This document shows, one piece after another, positions 29,386-41,510 of a DNA stretch of 64,000 nucleotides (its first letter is position 1; the number at the start of each line of letters is the position of its first letter). The stretch spans positions 43,648,001 to 43,712,000 of the forward strand of contig NC_043015.1 in NCBI RefSeq assembly GCF_006345805.1. The letters are read 5' to 3'. A model generated the notes under the pieces. It made no database searches and had not been told where the DNA came from. It saw nothing but the letters and a program-made list of their open reading frames with translations. This DNA is from Octopus sinensis. Lineage: Eukaryota. A program made the position numbers and the translations under genes.

Positions 29386-29598
29386 GCTCTATACCTATCA
29401 ATATCTCGCTTAAAGATATACGCAAAGAAAAGTGATCTGACCATTGTTAACACTAAAACCATAACGACACACACTTTCCAATTGTGCAATTTCCCGAACC
29501 GTCAAAACCCTTTCCATAAAACCAACAATTTACTTATTACGTACGTAAACTATTTTAAGTTCCCCTTCTTCCTCCTTCTATCATTGTCCACCCCGTCA

Positions 29599-29636
<38 letters not shown>

Positions 29637-30014
29637 ATCTTTCTCAATCAATATATTCCCTTATACTCCATATTCCTGCAAATCTAACCAAAACAAGAGT
29701 AGATATGTTTTGTATTTATGTTTCGATCGAACCTAATTTTCTATAAAACATTAGGCCTCCATTCTAAACAATATTGCTCCGTATATTGGTTTGCGTTTCT
29801 ACCTAAAAGCAATATAAAATGGAAATTATGCGATGCGGTACGAAACTTAACACTAAATCTCTTTCCTAGAATGTAACTAATACTTAACTACTAATGCGAT
29901 CTATCCCGAAGAGAGGCCAAGCGAATTTGACTTGTGGGGGATTTACAGGGTAAACCAATTTTTTCAAGGCATACCACGGGTCTGTCTCATGTTTCATTTA
30001 ACTAATCGAAAAGT

Positions 30015-30047
<33 letters not shown>

Positions 30048-30070
30048 CAGAGAGACAGATAGACATATAC

Positions 30071-30115
<45 letters not shown>

Positions 30116-30225
30116 CGGACAGACAGACAGATAGTGAGAGACATACATTTATATATATAAATATATATATAAATACATATATATATATATAGATACACAT
30201 ATATATACATATATATATACACACG

Positions 30226-30257
<32 letters not shown>

Positions 30258-30645
30258 TGAATATGTATATACATATACATCTATATGACTATGTAAATGT
30301 TCAAATATAATTATATATATGTATGTGTACGCTCGCACACACACATATATGTGTGTGTGCGTGCCTATATATATGTACGTGCGTATCTATGCATATACGT
30401 ATATTTATACATAGATGCACATAGACTGAGAGAAACTTACATAAATGTGAAAAATCAATACAGATTTATAGATATTTATAGATATTTATCGTATATACCA
30501 AATGTTCATACACATGCTTGTGTGGTTATGCACATACAGATATAGCCATCCATATATACATGTTTGTGAGCGTGTATGTATATACACACATATATAGCAT
30601 ACATATATATTTATGTGTGTGTGTGCAAAAGCACACGCACGTGCA

Positions 30646-30872
30646 TTCTCTTTTCTTTCATTCTTTTACAGTTTTCTGCCATTTTACTGCGGCCATGCTG
30701 GAGCAGCACTTTTAGTCGAACAAATCGAAACCAGGACTTATTCTTTTTAAGCTTAGTACTTATTCTATTAAAACCTGTTGCCGTACCGCTAAGTGACGGG
30801 GACGTAAACACATCAGCATCTGTCCTCAAGCGATTGTGACGGGAGAAACAGATACAAATAACAAACACACAC
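30646..30872 (-). mobile_element. SINE family B, 3' half
   Basis: CTGCGGCCATGCTGGAGCA...CTAAGTGACGGGGACGTAAACAC. Confidence 0.85.
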
Positions 30873-30909
30873 ATATATATATGTATGCATATGTACGTAT
30901 GTATGTATA

Positions 30910-30996
<87 letters not shown>

Positions 30997-30999
<3 letters not shown>

Positions 31000-31190
31000 A
31001 AAAAAGCAACAAGAATGGATTAAAATCTCGGTACGATTTTAATCCATTCTTGTTGCTTTTTTCCTATTTATAATCACCCCACTCACCCATTGTCTTGGCT
31101 AACACCATTTGATATCCGGTGCATCCTAGTTAAGGACCATATTCATGTGAATTCTTTAGAATTCACTAGAATCTCAATTACTTAACCGAA
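30997..31190 (+). mobile_element. Short fold-back element (about 31-bp arms plus tail), diverged relative of the 35.9-38.9 kb family
   Basis: TAGGAAAAAAGCAACAAGAATGGATTAAAATC / tcggtac / reverse complement. The tail TTATAATCACCCCAC...GGTGCATCCTAGTTAAGGACCATATTCA is homologous to the array tail. Confidence 0.8.
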
Positions 31191-31195
31191 TTATA

Positions 31196-31244
<49 letters not shown>

Positions 31245-31293
31245 ATATATATTATATATATATATAACTATATATATACATATATATATATAC

Positions 31294-31324
<31 letters not shown>

Positions 31325-31444
31325 ATATACATATATATATATAATATTTAATATGTATATATACATATATATATTGTATATATACATATATATATGTATG
31401 TGTGTATGTATTTATGTATGTATGTATGTATGTGTGTGTATATG

Positions 31445-31645
31445 TTTATTTGTCTGTTTGTCCCTCCAACATCGCTTGACAACCGATGCTGGTGTGTTTA
31501 CGTCCCCGTAACTAAGTTCGGCAAACTAGACCGATAGGCTTAAAAAGAATAAGTCCTGTGGTCCATTTGCTCGACTATAGGTGGTGCTCCAGCATGGCCA
31601 TAGTCAAATGACTGAAAAAAGTAAAAGAGTAAAAGAGTAAAGAGT
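31445..31645 (+). mobile_element. SINE family B, 3' half
   Basis: CGCTTGACAACCGATGCTGG...AAATGACTGAAAAAAGTAAAAGAG. Confidence 0.85.
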
Positions 31646-32784
31646 ATAAGCCAGTTTGCTTCGGTAATTGTCTCAAGGTAACTTATGAATTGACTGTCTT
31701 AAAAACACAATAAATATTACAGAAAGACACGAATTCGTCCCACCCTCGGCCAGCGAGAACGCCAGGTACATTTCAGCCTTTTAGAACCATTCAATGGTGT
31801 ATGCTCACAACCAACGACATTTGCCGACCAGAATATGTTGCTTCTAATATAGTTAAAAGTAAATAAATCATTCACGTTGAAAGCTCCATTTCCGCAGAGC
31901 TAATCTTTGTCGTATCTGTTTCCAGGAATTTTTGTCTTTCCAGGAATCGATAAGTCAAGTCGAGAATCTAGTTAAGCGACCAATTTTCACTACGTTACAG
32001 AAGGACGAGTTAATTACAAAGCACTGATTTAGAGTAACTATGTTTAGTTACGTTTACCGCTTACATTCTGTAATTTAATATCTTGATATCGATATTGGTT
32101 TTCATATTTCCAGGCATACTAAAATAAGTAAATGAATATATAATTAGATTGATTGATGAGCAATATATTCTAACACAATATATGGCTAAGATCCAAAATT
32201 ATTAATAGGTAATAAATTATTTATATTTATAGTTTGTTAAATAATTTTATTCTTGTATATCAAACATTTTCGTTTTATTTTTGTGCACATATATATATAA
32301 TCAGCTATGATATTTTAAAATTCAGAAATAACTACAGCTTACAACTTGTAAATAAAACTGATTGTATAAAATATAAAATATATTTCTTTGCGAGTATAAA
32401 TAGAACATTTCAAATGAATAACCAAAGCTTCTCGATAATAACACGCATAAAACGGAGTTTGACAATTGTTTTGCGATAATTTCAAAAGGTTTCATTGTGT
32501 TTGAAGAAAGTTATATAAAAATCCTTTTGAAGTATATTATTGAATGGAATTAAATATGCTTTGGCATATCACGTAAAAATATGCGAACAAAAGATGATAT
32601 GAAGGGTATTTCAGAATGCTAGAAATAGCAACTAAATATGCCCCAAACTACAGTACTTGCTCTAGAAGAATAAGGATTACATTGGATGATGTTATTTGGA
32701 TCTAATGTATCGAATTAGGAACCATAATGACCAAGACTAGAAAGCTTCTGATCATAGGAATAAATAACAACAGGGCAAGAATGA

Positions 32785-32805
32785 ACATCTATCTATCTAT
32801 CTATC

Positions 32806-32878
<73 letters not shown>

Positions 32879-32895
32879 CTGTCTGTCTGTCTATG

Positions 32896-32934
<39 letters not shown>

Positions 32935-32968
32935 TTGTCTGTCTGTCAATCTATCTATCTATCTATCT

Positions 32969-33003
<35 letters not shown>

Positions 33004-33032
33004 CTATTTGTCTGTCTGTCAATCTATCTATC

Positions 33033-33098
<66 letters not shown>

Positions 33099-33358
33099 TT
33101 GTCTGTCTGTCAATCTATCTATCTATCTATCTATCTATATATATATATATATATTTATCTGTCTGTCTGTCTATGTATCTATATATCTATCTATCTATCT
33201 ATATATCTATCTATCTATCTATCTATCGAAAACCCACGCCACCTTTTTTTTTGTTTCTTTTGTTTTTTTGTTTTTTGTTTTTTTCATCCCCTAAAAGAAA
33301 AGCTCTACCTTGTAACTTGTCCCATCTGTGTGCAGCCCTGTGTGACCAATAAAGAAAC

Positions 33359-33448
<90 letters not shown>

Positions 33449-33450
33449 CT
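32785..33450. repeat. (TATC)n compound microsatellites
   Basis: Directly visible. Confidence 0.95.
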
Positions 33451-34169
33451 GTGTGTATGTATATATATATATATATATGTATATGTACATATATGTGTGT
33501 GCTCGCTTTTCACGCGAAAACCGCTGCACGAATTGGTACAAAACGCGGGATGCAGGAATAATTTCAACTCAGAACACAATGATATGGACTTAATTTTTTT
33601 TTTTATAAATAAATAATGTTTCTTTATATGTATAAGATTCACTTCTTTACTAAATTCACTTTCTCTCACTCATCTTCCTTCTTCTCTCTCTCTCTCTCTC
33701 TATCTCATTCCCCCCTCTTCCTTCCTCACTCTATCAATAACAAATCTTGTTTCGATTTTACAAATATCTATCTTTAATATTTGGGAGGCGCGTTCCCTAT
33801 CTAACTCCTCACTGTACATCTTCTCTTTCCATCTCTTTACCATTCTCTCTTCATTCTGTCAAACATTCTGTCTCGCGTTTACCATTCTAACGGTTTCTGG
33901 TAGCAAAAAAACTTATCACAAATACTTTCATTGTTTTAAATCATCTTACCGGTGTATTTGTGCATCAGTAAATGACCATGCCTAGAAGGAAGGTACCAAA
34001 TTTATTTTCAGTGCCAAGGTCAGTGAAAAAAATGTCTCTGTCGAGGGAGAGACATCTGCAGAAATGGGTATTACTTTCTGAGAAAAAACATTAATCTCCC
34101 ACTACAAGTAAATTGTACTGTGTTAAGTGTACGTGTTTATAACCCGAGTGAAACTGAGTCCTACTGATA

Positions 34170-34256
<87 letters not shown>

Positions 34257-34257
<1 letters not shown>

Positions 34258-34461
34258 TTTATTTAAAAGCAGCAGAAAAATTCAACAAAACTGTTTACTC
34301 TGAGTTTCACGTTTCCGTTCGTCGGACAGTTTCGGGAACGTGAAACTCAGAGTAACAGGTTTTGTTGAATTTTCTGCTGCTTTTAAATAAAGCATATTAC
34401 TCTACCCCTGGTATTTGAGTAATCTTTTTTCCACCTTGTTTCACATTTATGTGTTTACTCT

Positions 34462-34463
<2 letters not shown>
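34257..34463. mobile_element. Fold-back element (about 60-bp arms plus 70-bp tail) in (TA)n
   Basis: CTTTATTTAAAAGCAGCAGAAAA...TTCACGTT is inverted at 34334-34392. Fragments of the same family lie at about 13245-13410. Confidence 0.85.
34291..34329 (-). ncRNA. Minimal type I HHR-like motif, U4->C variant
   Basis: CTGT-CCGACGA-ACG(gaaa)CGT-GAAA-CT(cag)AG-TA-(A)ACAG. All three stems can form; this copy has one extra A in stem I. Confidence 0.55.
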
Positions 34464-34504
<41 letters not shown>

Positions 34505-34860
34505 GTTCTTATGACCCCTCACATGTATGGCCACGCAACTAAACGTTTCACGCACATAGAACCCATGTACGTTCTTCATGCGGACATGAGTTCCACGTGC
34601 GTGAAGCTTTTAGTAGAATGGGCCATATATGTGATGTGGTCATAACAAACAATATTTACTCTTGTGAGATAGAGTTCTATTTTTATTGAACCTCGACATA
34701 GGAGCTATTCATTACATTTTCTATGTTTCTATGTTTTTTTATGTTCTCGTTTCGCAATTTGTTCACTGTTTTTGACGTCCTGTACCCATATATGCATGAT
34801 ATATACCTATATATGTAGGCATATACATGTATGTGTGTATATATCCATATATATATATAT

Positions 34861-34943
<83 letters not shown>

Positions 34944-35057
34944 TATATATATACTTATATATTATTTATATTATTATATGATTGTACGCCACGCATCCAT
35001 TTCCAAGTCAGTTTTATCTATCTATCTCTATCTATCTATCTATTTATCTATCAATCT

Positions 35058-35093
<36 letters not shown>

Positions 35094-36044
35094 TATATAT
35101 ATATATATATACATCAACAATAAATTATATAGAGAGATTCAATTGATAATCTGACCATATATTTATATTATAAGATAAGATATTATACACTGAATATAAT
35201 ATAAGATAACATGAAAAATTATTAAAAATTATTAGAAATGATAGAAACCCAAAATTGCATTATTTGATTTATAATCAGTTCATATTCATTTGTATAAGTC
35301 TCTTCAGGGTTTTGGCTCAAAGGACATACGAAATTCCGTTGGAATTTCGTCTGTCTTATACGCATTGATATGAATTGTTCATAAATCAAATAACGTATAT
35401 AATTCAAGAGAAATTATTGGCCTCCCAGGGTTTTTAAATGATATTTTAATGTTATCTTGTATTCATTGTATATTATGTTATATTATAATATAAATAAATA
35501 GATTGTCAATTGAATTTCTCTATCTAATTTATTGTTTATAATTTCTATTATATTCCTATTTCTGACGCACCAGTAAATTGGATGTTTTACACAGCCCTTT
35601 AAAGGAATTTCATTTCGCAGTTTATTACTTTAATATTTCTATATATGTTGTTCAGAATATCTATCAGCAGTGAATTTTTTCTATCCAAGATGTATTTCAG
35701 AACTTGTGTAGAAAAGTCACCTTATGCCTTGAAAATGAAGGATGACACTTTCAACACCTGTCATAAAGTTTCTAAAGTCTTGTAAATTCAAAAATATTCT
35801 TTTGTAGTCTTATACCATCTTATAAATATTTATTTGCAATAAAATGCTTAGTGCGGAGAGATTCTTTGAACGCACCGTGAATATATATATATATATATAC
35901 AAAGAGCAATAAAGATTCAAGTTATTTAAAAAATTTACTTGAATATGGTACCTAACTTAGATGCACCAAAAAAAAACTACTGATTTAACAATACAGTAAT
36001 GTGGGGTGATTATAAGCGAGAAAGAAGCAACAGAATGGATAGGT

Positions 36045-36135
36045 TTTTAGTACGATCGTTTCATACAAGGACAGGTTTTATTAAAAGTTGCAAAGATTAC
36101 AGCATATAAACGAGTCCCGTACTCATCAGCTAAAA
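36045..36135 (-). ncRNA. Type I hammerhead ribozyme, intact core
   Basis: Reverse complement of the 36306-36396 motif. Confidence 0.75.
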
Positions 36136-36305
36136 TACATGTAAGTTCTCTAGACATCCTAGTGTTTGAGGCTATACTCATGAAGTAATGTAGATAATTA
36201 AACAGATTTAAAGAACTTTAATGAACTTTAGAAATCTGTTTAATTATCTACATTACTTCATGAGTATAGCCTCAAACACTAGGATGTCTAGAGAACTTAC
36301 ATGTA

Positions 36306-36396
36306 TTTTAGCTGATGAGTACGGGACTCGTTTATATGCTGTAATCTTTGCAACTTTTAATAAAACCTGTCCTTGTATGAAACGATCGTACTAAAA
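36306..36396 (+). ncRNA. Type I hammerhead ribozyme, intact core
   Basis: TTTTAG-CTGATGA-GTACGGGAC...GTCCTTGTAT-GAAAC(gatc)GTA-CTAAAA. Stem I is 6 bp, stem II is long, and stem III is the palindrome ACGATCGT. Confidence 0.8.
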
Positions 36397-36906
36397 ACCT
36401 ATCCATTCTTGTTGCTTCTTTCTCGCGTATATATATATATATATATAATATGTATGTATATATGTGTATATACATATGTAGGTGTATATATATATAATGT
36501 TTAATAAATAAAACATAGGCATACATACATATATGTACATACCTACATCTATATGTATATATACATGCATATTTGGGTACAGGACACCACAAAAGAACGT
36601 AGAACACGAGAAACGAAAACATAAAAACAAAACAAGGAAACGGACTTTTTTTAACAACGAAAAAACAGAGTACAAGACGTACAACACAAGGAACATTCCC
36701 CTTCTTCAGCTGCCCCTGTTTCGACTTATTGCGTATATATATATATATATATATACAAAAAGCAATAAAGATTCAAGTTAATTTAAATGAATTTACTTGA
36801 ATATGGTACCTAACTTAGATGCACCAAAAAAAAACTATACTGTTTTAACAATACAGTAATGTGGGGTGATTATAAGCGAGGAAAGAATCAACAAGAATGG
36901 ATAGGT

Positions 36907-36996
36907 TTTTAGTACAATCGTTTCATACAAGGACAGGCTTTATTAAAAGTTGTAAAATTACAGCATATAAACGTGTCCCGTACACATCAGCTAAAA
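36907..36996 (-). ncRNA. HHR copy with a damaged core (CTGATGT)
   Basis: The + strand reads TACACATCAG instead of TACTCATCAG, which may be a sequence error. Confidence 0.5.
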
Positions 36997-37360
36997 TACA
37001 TGTGAGTTCTCTAGACATCCTAGTGGTTGAGGCTATACTCATGAAGTAATGTAGATAATTAAGTAACACAACAAATTTCCCAAAGTTCATTAAAGTTCTT
37101 TAAAGATGATGTACAGTCTTATCACAGAATTTTAAAAAAGTTTTAATAGCATCACAGAGAAGGTGACCTAATCCATAGAGCACATATGAAATTCCAGAGA
37201 TATGATGAGGGATTACATACTCACAGAAGACAAATTTATCCATTGTTAATCACAACGAGGTGGGTCTCAATTCCTGCTTATTAGCATTACAGAGAGGGTG
37301 AATTAATCCTTTGTATAGATGCACAATTTCCAATGGTGTAGATGTAAGTTTCCAGATGTA

Positions 37361-37451
37361 TTTTAGCTGATGAGTACGGGACACGTTTATATGCTGTAAT
37401 TTTTACAACTTTTAATAAAGCCTGTCCTTGTATGAAACGATTGTACTAAAA
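37361..37451 (+). ncRNA. Type I hammerhead ribozyme, intact core
   Basis: TTTTAG-CTGATGA-GTAC...GTAT-GAAAC(gatt)GTA-CTAAAA. Confidence 0.75.
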
Positions 37452-37979
37452 ACCTATCCATCTTGTTGCTTCTTTCTCGCGTATATATATATAATATATA
37501 TATATATATTATTATGTATGTATATATGTGTATATACATATGTAGGTGTATATATATATAATGTTTAATAAATAAAACATAGGCATACATACATATATGT
37601 ACATACCTACATCTATATGTATATATACATGCATATTTGGGTACAGGACACCACAAAAGAACGTAGAACACGAGAAACGAAAACATAAAAACAAAACAAG
37701 GAAACGGACTTTTTTTAACAACGAAAAAACAACAGAGTACAAGACATACAACACAAGGAACATTCCCCTTCTTCAGCTGCCCCTGTTTCGACTTATTGCG
37801 TATATATATAATATATATATATATATATACAAAAGCAAAAAGATTCAAGTAATTTAAATGAATTTATTTGTATATGGTACCTAACTTAGATGCACCACCA
37901 AAAAAAAACTATACTGTTTTAACAATACAGTAATGTGGGGTGATTATAAGCGAGAAAGAAGCAACAAGAATGGATAGGT

Positions 37980-38070
37980 TTTTAGTACAATCGTTTCATA
38001 CAAGGACAGGCTTTATTAAAAGTTGTAAAAATTACAGCATATAAACGTGTCCCGTACTCATCAGCTAAAA
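37980..38070 (-). ncRNA. Type I hammerhead ribozyme, intact core
   Basis: Reverse complement of the 37361-type motif, with ACTCATCAG intact. Confidence 0.75.
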
Positions 38071-38431
38071 TACATGTGAGTTCTCTAGACATCTAGTGGT
38101 TGAGGCTATACTCATGAAGTAATGTAGATAATTAAGTAACACAAACAAATTTCCAAAGTTCATTAAAGTTCTTTAAAGATGATGTACAGTCTTATCACAG
38201 AATTTTAAAAAGTTCTAATAGCATCACAGAGAAGGTGACCTAATCCATAGAGCACATATGAAATTCCAGAGATATGATGAGGGATTACATACTCACAGAA
38301 GACAAATTTATCCATGTTAATCACAACGAGGTGGGTCTCAATTCCTGCTTATTAGCATTACAGAGAGGGTGAATTAATCCTTTGTATAGATGCACAATTT
38401 CCAATGGTGTAGATGTAAGTTTCCAGATGTA

Positions 38432-38521
38432 TTTTAGCTGATAGTACGGGACACGTTTATATGCTGTAATTTTTACAACTTTTAATAAAGCCTGTCCTTG
38501 TATGAAACGATTGTACTAAAA
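38432..38521 (+). ncRNA. HHR copy with a 1-nt core deletion (CTGATAG)
   Basis: G8 is missing; otherwise it matches the 37361 copy. Confidence 0.5.
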
Positions 38522-38551
38522 ACCTATCCATTCTTGTTGCTTCTTTCTCGC

Positions 38552-38596
<45 letters not shown>

Positions 38597-38879
38597 ATAT
38601 ATATATGTATATTGTGTATATACATATGTAGGTGTATATATAATAATGTTTAATAAATAAAACATAGGCATACATACATATATGTACATACCTACATCTA
38701 TATGTATATATACATGCATATTTGGGTACAGGACACCACAAAAGAACGTAGAACACGAGAACGAAAACATAAAAACAAACAAGGAAACGGACTTTTTTTA
38801 ACAACGAAAAAACAGAGTACAAGACGTACAACACAAGGAACATTCCCTTCTTCAGCTGCCCCTGTTTCGACTTATTGCG

Positions 38880-38929
<50 letters not shown>

Positions 38930-38964
38930 TATATATATTATATACACACACACGCGCGCGCACG

Positions 38965-39320
38965 AAGTTGCTTTTCACTATGAAACGTTGTCCCTGTTTG
39001 AAGGAGAACTCTGGTCCCCCAATTAAATTGACGCATACCCCACAGTCGGGTCTTCCACATTATTTTACTGACGGCTTCTGTGTTGTTGTTGAGCGTATTC
39101 GGGTTTGTGTTAGGAGACTTTTCATAGATTTGGGTTGTTTCTATCTTTTTATGAGGGTCTATGTTTGAGGATTAAGTTCATTCTGTGGTCCATTCTTAGC
39201 AGGGGCATGTTTTGAAGGATGGTGTCGAAGGCTTCATTTTTAAGAGGGTTGTGTCTGGAGATGTATGGTGGGGCTTTTGTTTGTAGATCTTTCTTCAATT
39301 TGGGATGTCTGAATACAAAC
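38965..39320 (-). pseudogene. Penelope-like element ORF fragment (RT thumb/linker to Cys motif, before GIY-YIG)
   Basis: PYISRHNPLKNEAFDTILQNMPLLRMDHRMNLILKHRP/IKR*KQPKSMKSLLTQTRIRSTTTQKPSVK*CGRPDCGVCVNLIGGPEFSFKQGQRFIVKSNF matches the PLE K.QP.SLK.LL and CG...C..C pattern; it carries stops and a frameshift. Confidence 0.75.
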
Positions 39321-40039
39321 GCTTAGCTTAGCTTTGGTAGATTTAGGAGACGAGCTTGACCTCGTGGTAAGACACTCATAGAGAGAAATAGTGTATGTAT
39401 CTTTTTAATTAACAACTGCTGATGGTTTGTTAAGGTTCCGAAACTTAGCGGTTAGAGCGAGAGAATACGTGCTAGAATTTTTGAAAAAAAATTGTATTGG
39501 AGTTGATTTGTTCAACCTAAATGTTTCAAGGCAGTGCCCCGACATAGCCGTAGTCCGATGCCTGATACATGTAAAATATAAATAAAAAGTAGAGTGTCGT
39601 GTCTGAAATTCCATTTTCAGATCAAATGTACCAAACTCTTTTTGTCTTTTAAAGAAAGTTAACTTTAATTACTTCATTATAACTACATTTTTATTGCGAC
39701 CTGTCACCTCTCCGACTATGTGTAACGAACCAGCAAAACATTCAGGCATTTTTGAAAGACACAACACATCAGTTGTGATGCGTCCGGTTCTTTCGTTAAT
39801 AGGTCGACACCCAGCAGGCTACTTTATATGCGGCACTTGACATAAATATAGAGAGAGTTCAGATTAAATGATAGGAAATTGGCAAATATTCGCTGCCTGT
39901 GAATTACTATATACAATAATGCAAACATTTAATGCCATACTCTCTAATGATGCTAATATTTCGGTAAATATATTATATCCCTGCAGACGAAATTGTTCGT
40001 GGACAACCTCAGAGGAATATGGTTCATAATGAAATGTCT

Positions 40040-40252
40040 GCTGCTAACCAAATGTATGCAGATTGTGTAGAATTATGGGAATAAAATATATAAACGCAAA
40101 ACAGTAAAAAAAGAGAAATTTTATGAAAGTAAAGGTGAGAGTATGAGAGTAGAGAGGTCAGAGGGCCGATGAGAGTAGTAGGGATGGGTATAGAAAATTG
40201 AAAAGACAATATTGGTGAAGGGTAGAGGAGTCAAAATACGGTAGGATATAAC

Positions 40253-40293
<41 letters not shown>

Positions 40294-41510
40294 GACAGAG
40301 ACAGATAGGTAGAGAGAAAGAGAGACACAGAGCGGTAGAAAGACAGAATGATATAGAGAGTCAGAGAGATAGAATGGAAAAGAGAGATGAGGCGGGTTGA
40401 GGGTGGAATGAGTTAAGCTCAAAAGAGTATAACAAGAGTGAGAGAGATAGGATAGATAAAGAGATAAAAGAAGTAGAGGGGAGAGGAAGTAAATGAGAGA
40501 ATATGTGGGAGAGCAAGTAGAGAGAGGGCGGAATAATAGAATGTTTGATAACATTCTATTATTCTCTATTAAGAGAGAGGAGTTAAGCTGAAAAAGTATT
40601 AATGAGAGGGAGAGAGAGAGAGTACAGATATAAAACGATAAACTTTGTGAGGGTGGAAGAAGGAAAGCTTAAAAAGTATGAGAGAGAGAGAGAGAGAGAG
40701 AGTGAATATATATGGCGGAAAACTTTAAAATTGAGAGAAGATAATTAGAGAGGGAGACAGGGGGAGAGTAGACATGTTCGAGGATGAAAGATGAATGTGG
40801 AGAGGAGGAGATCGCGTAATGTAGTGAGAGAAAGGAAAGTAGACGGAGACAGATAATTAGAGGCAGAGAAAAGTAATGAAATAGAGAGACAAACAGATAG
40901 ACAGAGACAGAGACAGAGACAGAGAGACCCAAGGAGAGGGGAAGACGGACACATACATTCGTAGAGAGAGAAAGCAAAGAACGCTCGTAAAAGAATGAGC
41001 AAGATATAAAATGGGAAACGTTGGAGGAGAGAATAAGCGAAAGGAAAGAGAAAAAGATTTATCGATAAAGAATGAAAGAACGCTGAGAAAGGAGTGAAGG
41101 AGTTTCACTTATCGAGAGAGTGGAAGCAGAGCGTAGGAAGAGAGGAAGAAAGAAATAGATAGAAAGATACAGAGAGATATATACATAAAGAGGGACAGAT
41201 ATATCTATAGTTAGAGAGAGAGACACACACATACAAAAAGAAATAGATAGAGAGATACACAGAGAGAGTTGCACATAAAGAGAGATAGATATATCTATAT
41301 ATATTGAGAGAGGGAGATATACGGAGAGAAAGAGTGAAGTATGGAAATGAAAACTGATATGAGATTAAAGCAGCGTAGTTTTAGGAGTAAAAAAAACAGG
41401 CAAAAGAAAACATACAAAAAATATAAAAGGAAATATAAAAAGAGAGAAATATGATTGCTGATAATAGAGAAGAACAATACCAAGGAAAAAAATCTGTCAG
41501 AGGGAGACGT
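40040..41510. repeat. Polypurine (GA-rich) cryptic tract
   Basis: Directly visible strand asymmetry over about 1.5 kb. Confidence 0.85.

Larger units (their letters stand above)
35900..38879. mobile_element. Tandem array of 3 fold-back, HHR-bearing units (about 0.86, 1.07 and 1.05 kb), probably PLE-derived
   Basis: Units start at 35900, 36756 and 37830. Each has a tail, inverted arms, (TA)n, a shared segment of about 250 bp, and (TA)n. Unit 1 arms are 36016-36209 and 36232-36426, with one 1-nt indel seen. Confidence 0.9.

Noticed and set aside
36700-36725. CGAAAC...CTGAAGA on the minus strand of the shared array segment
   Set aside because: The motifs are in type II order, but there is no cleavage triplet and no stems in register.
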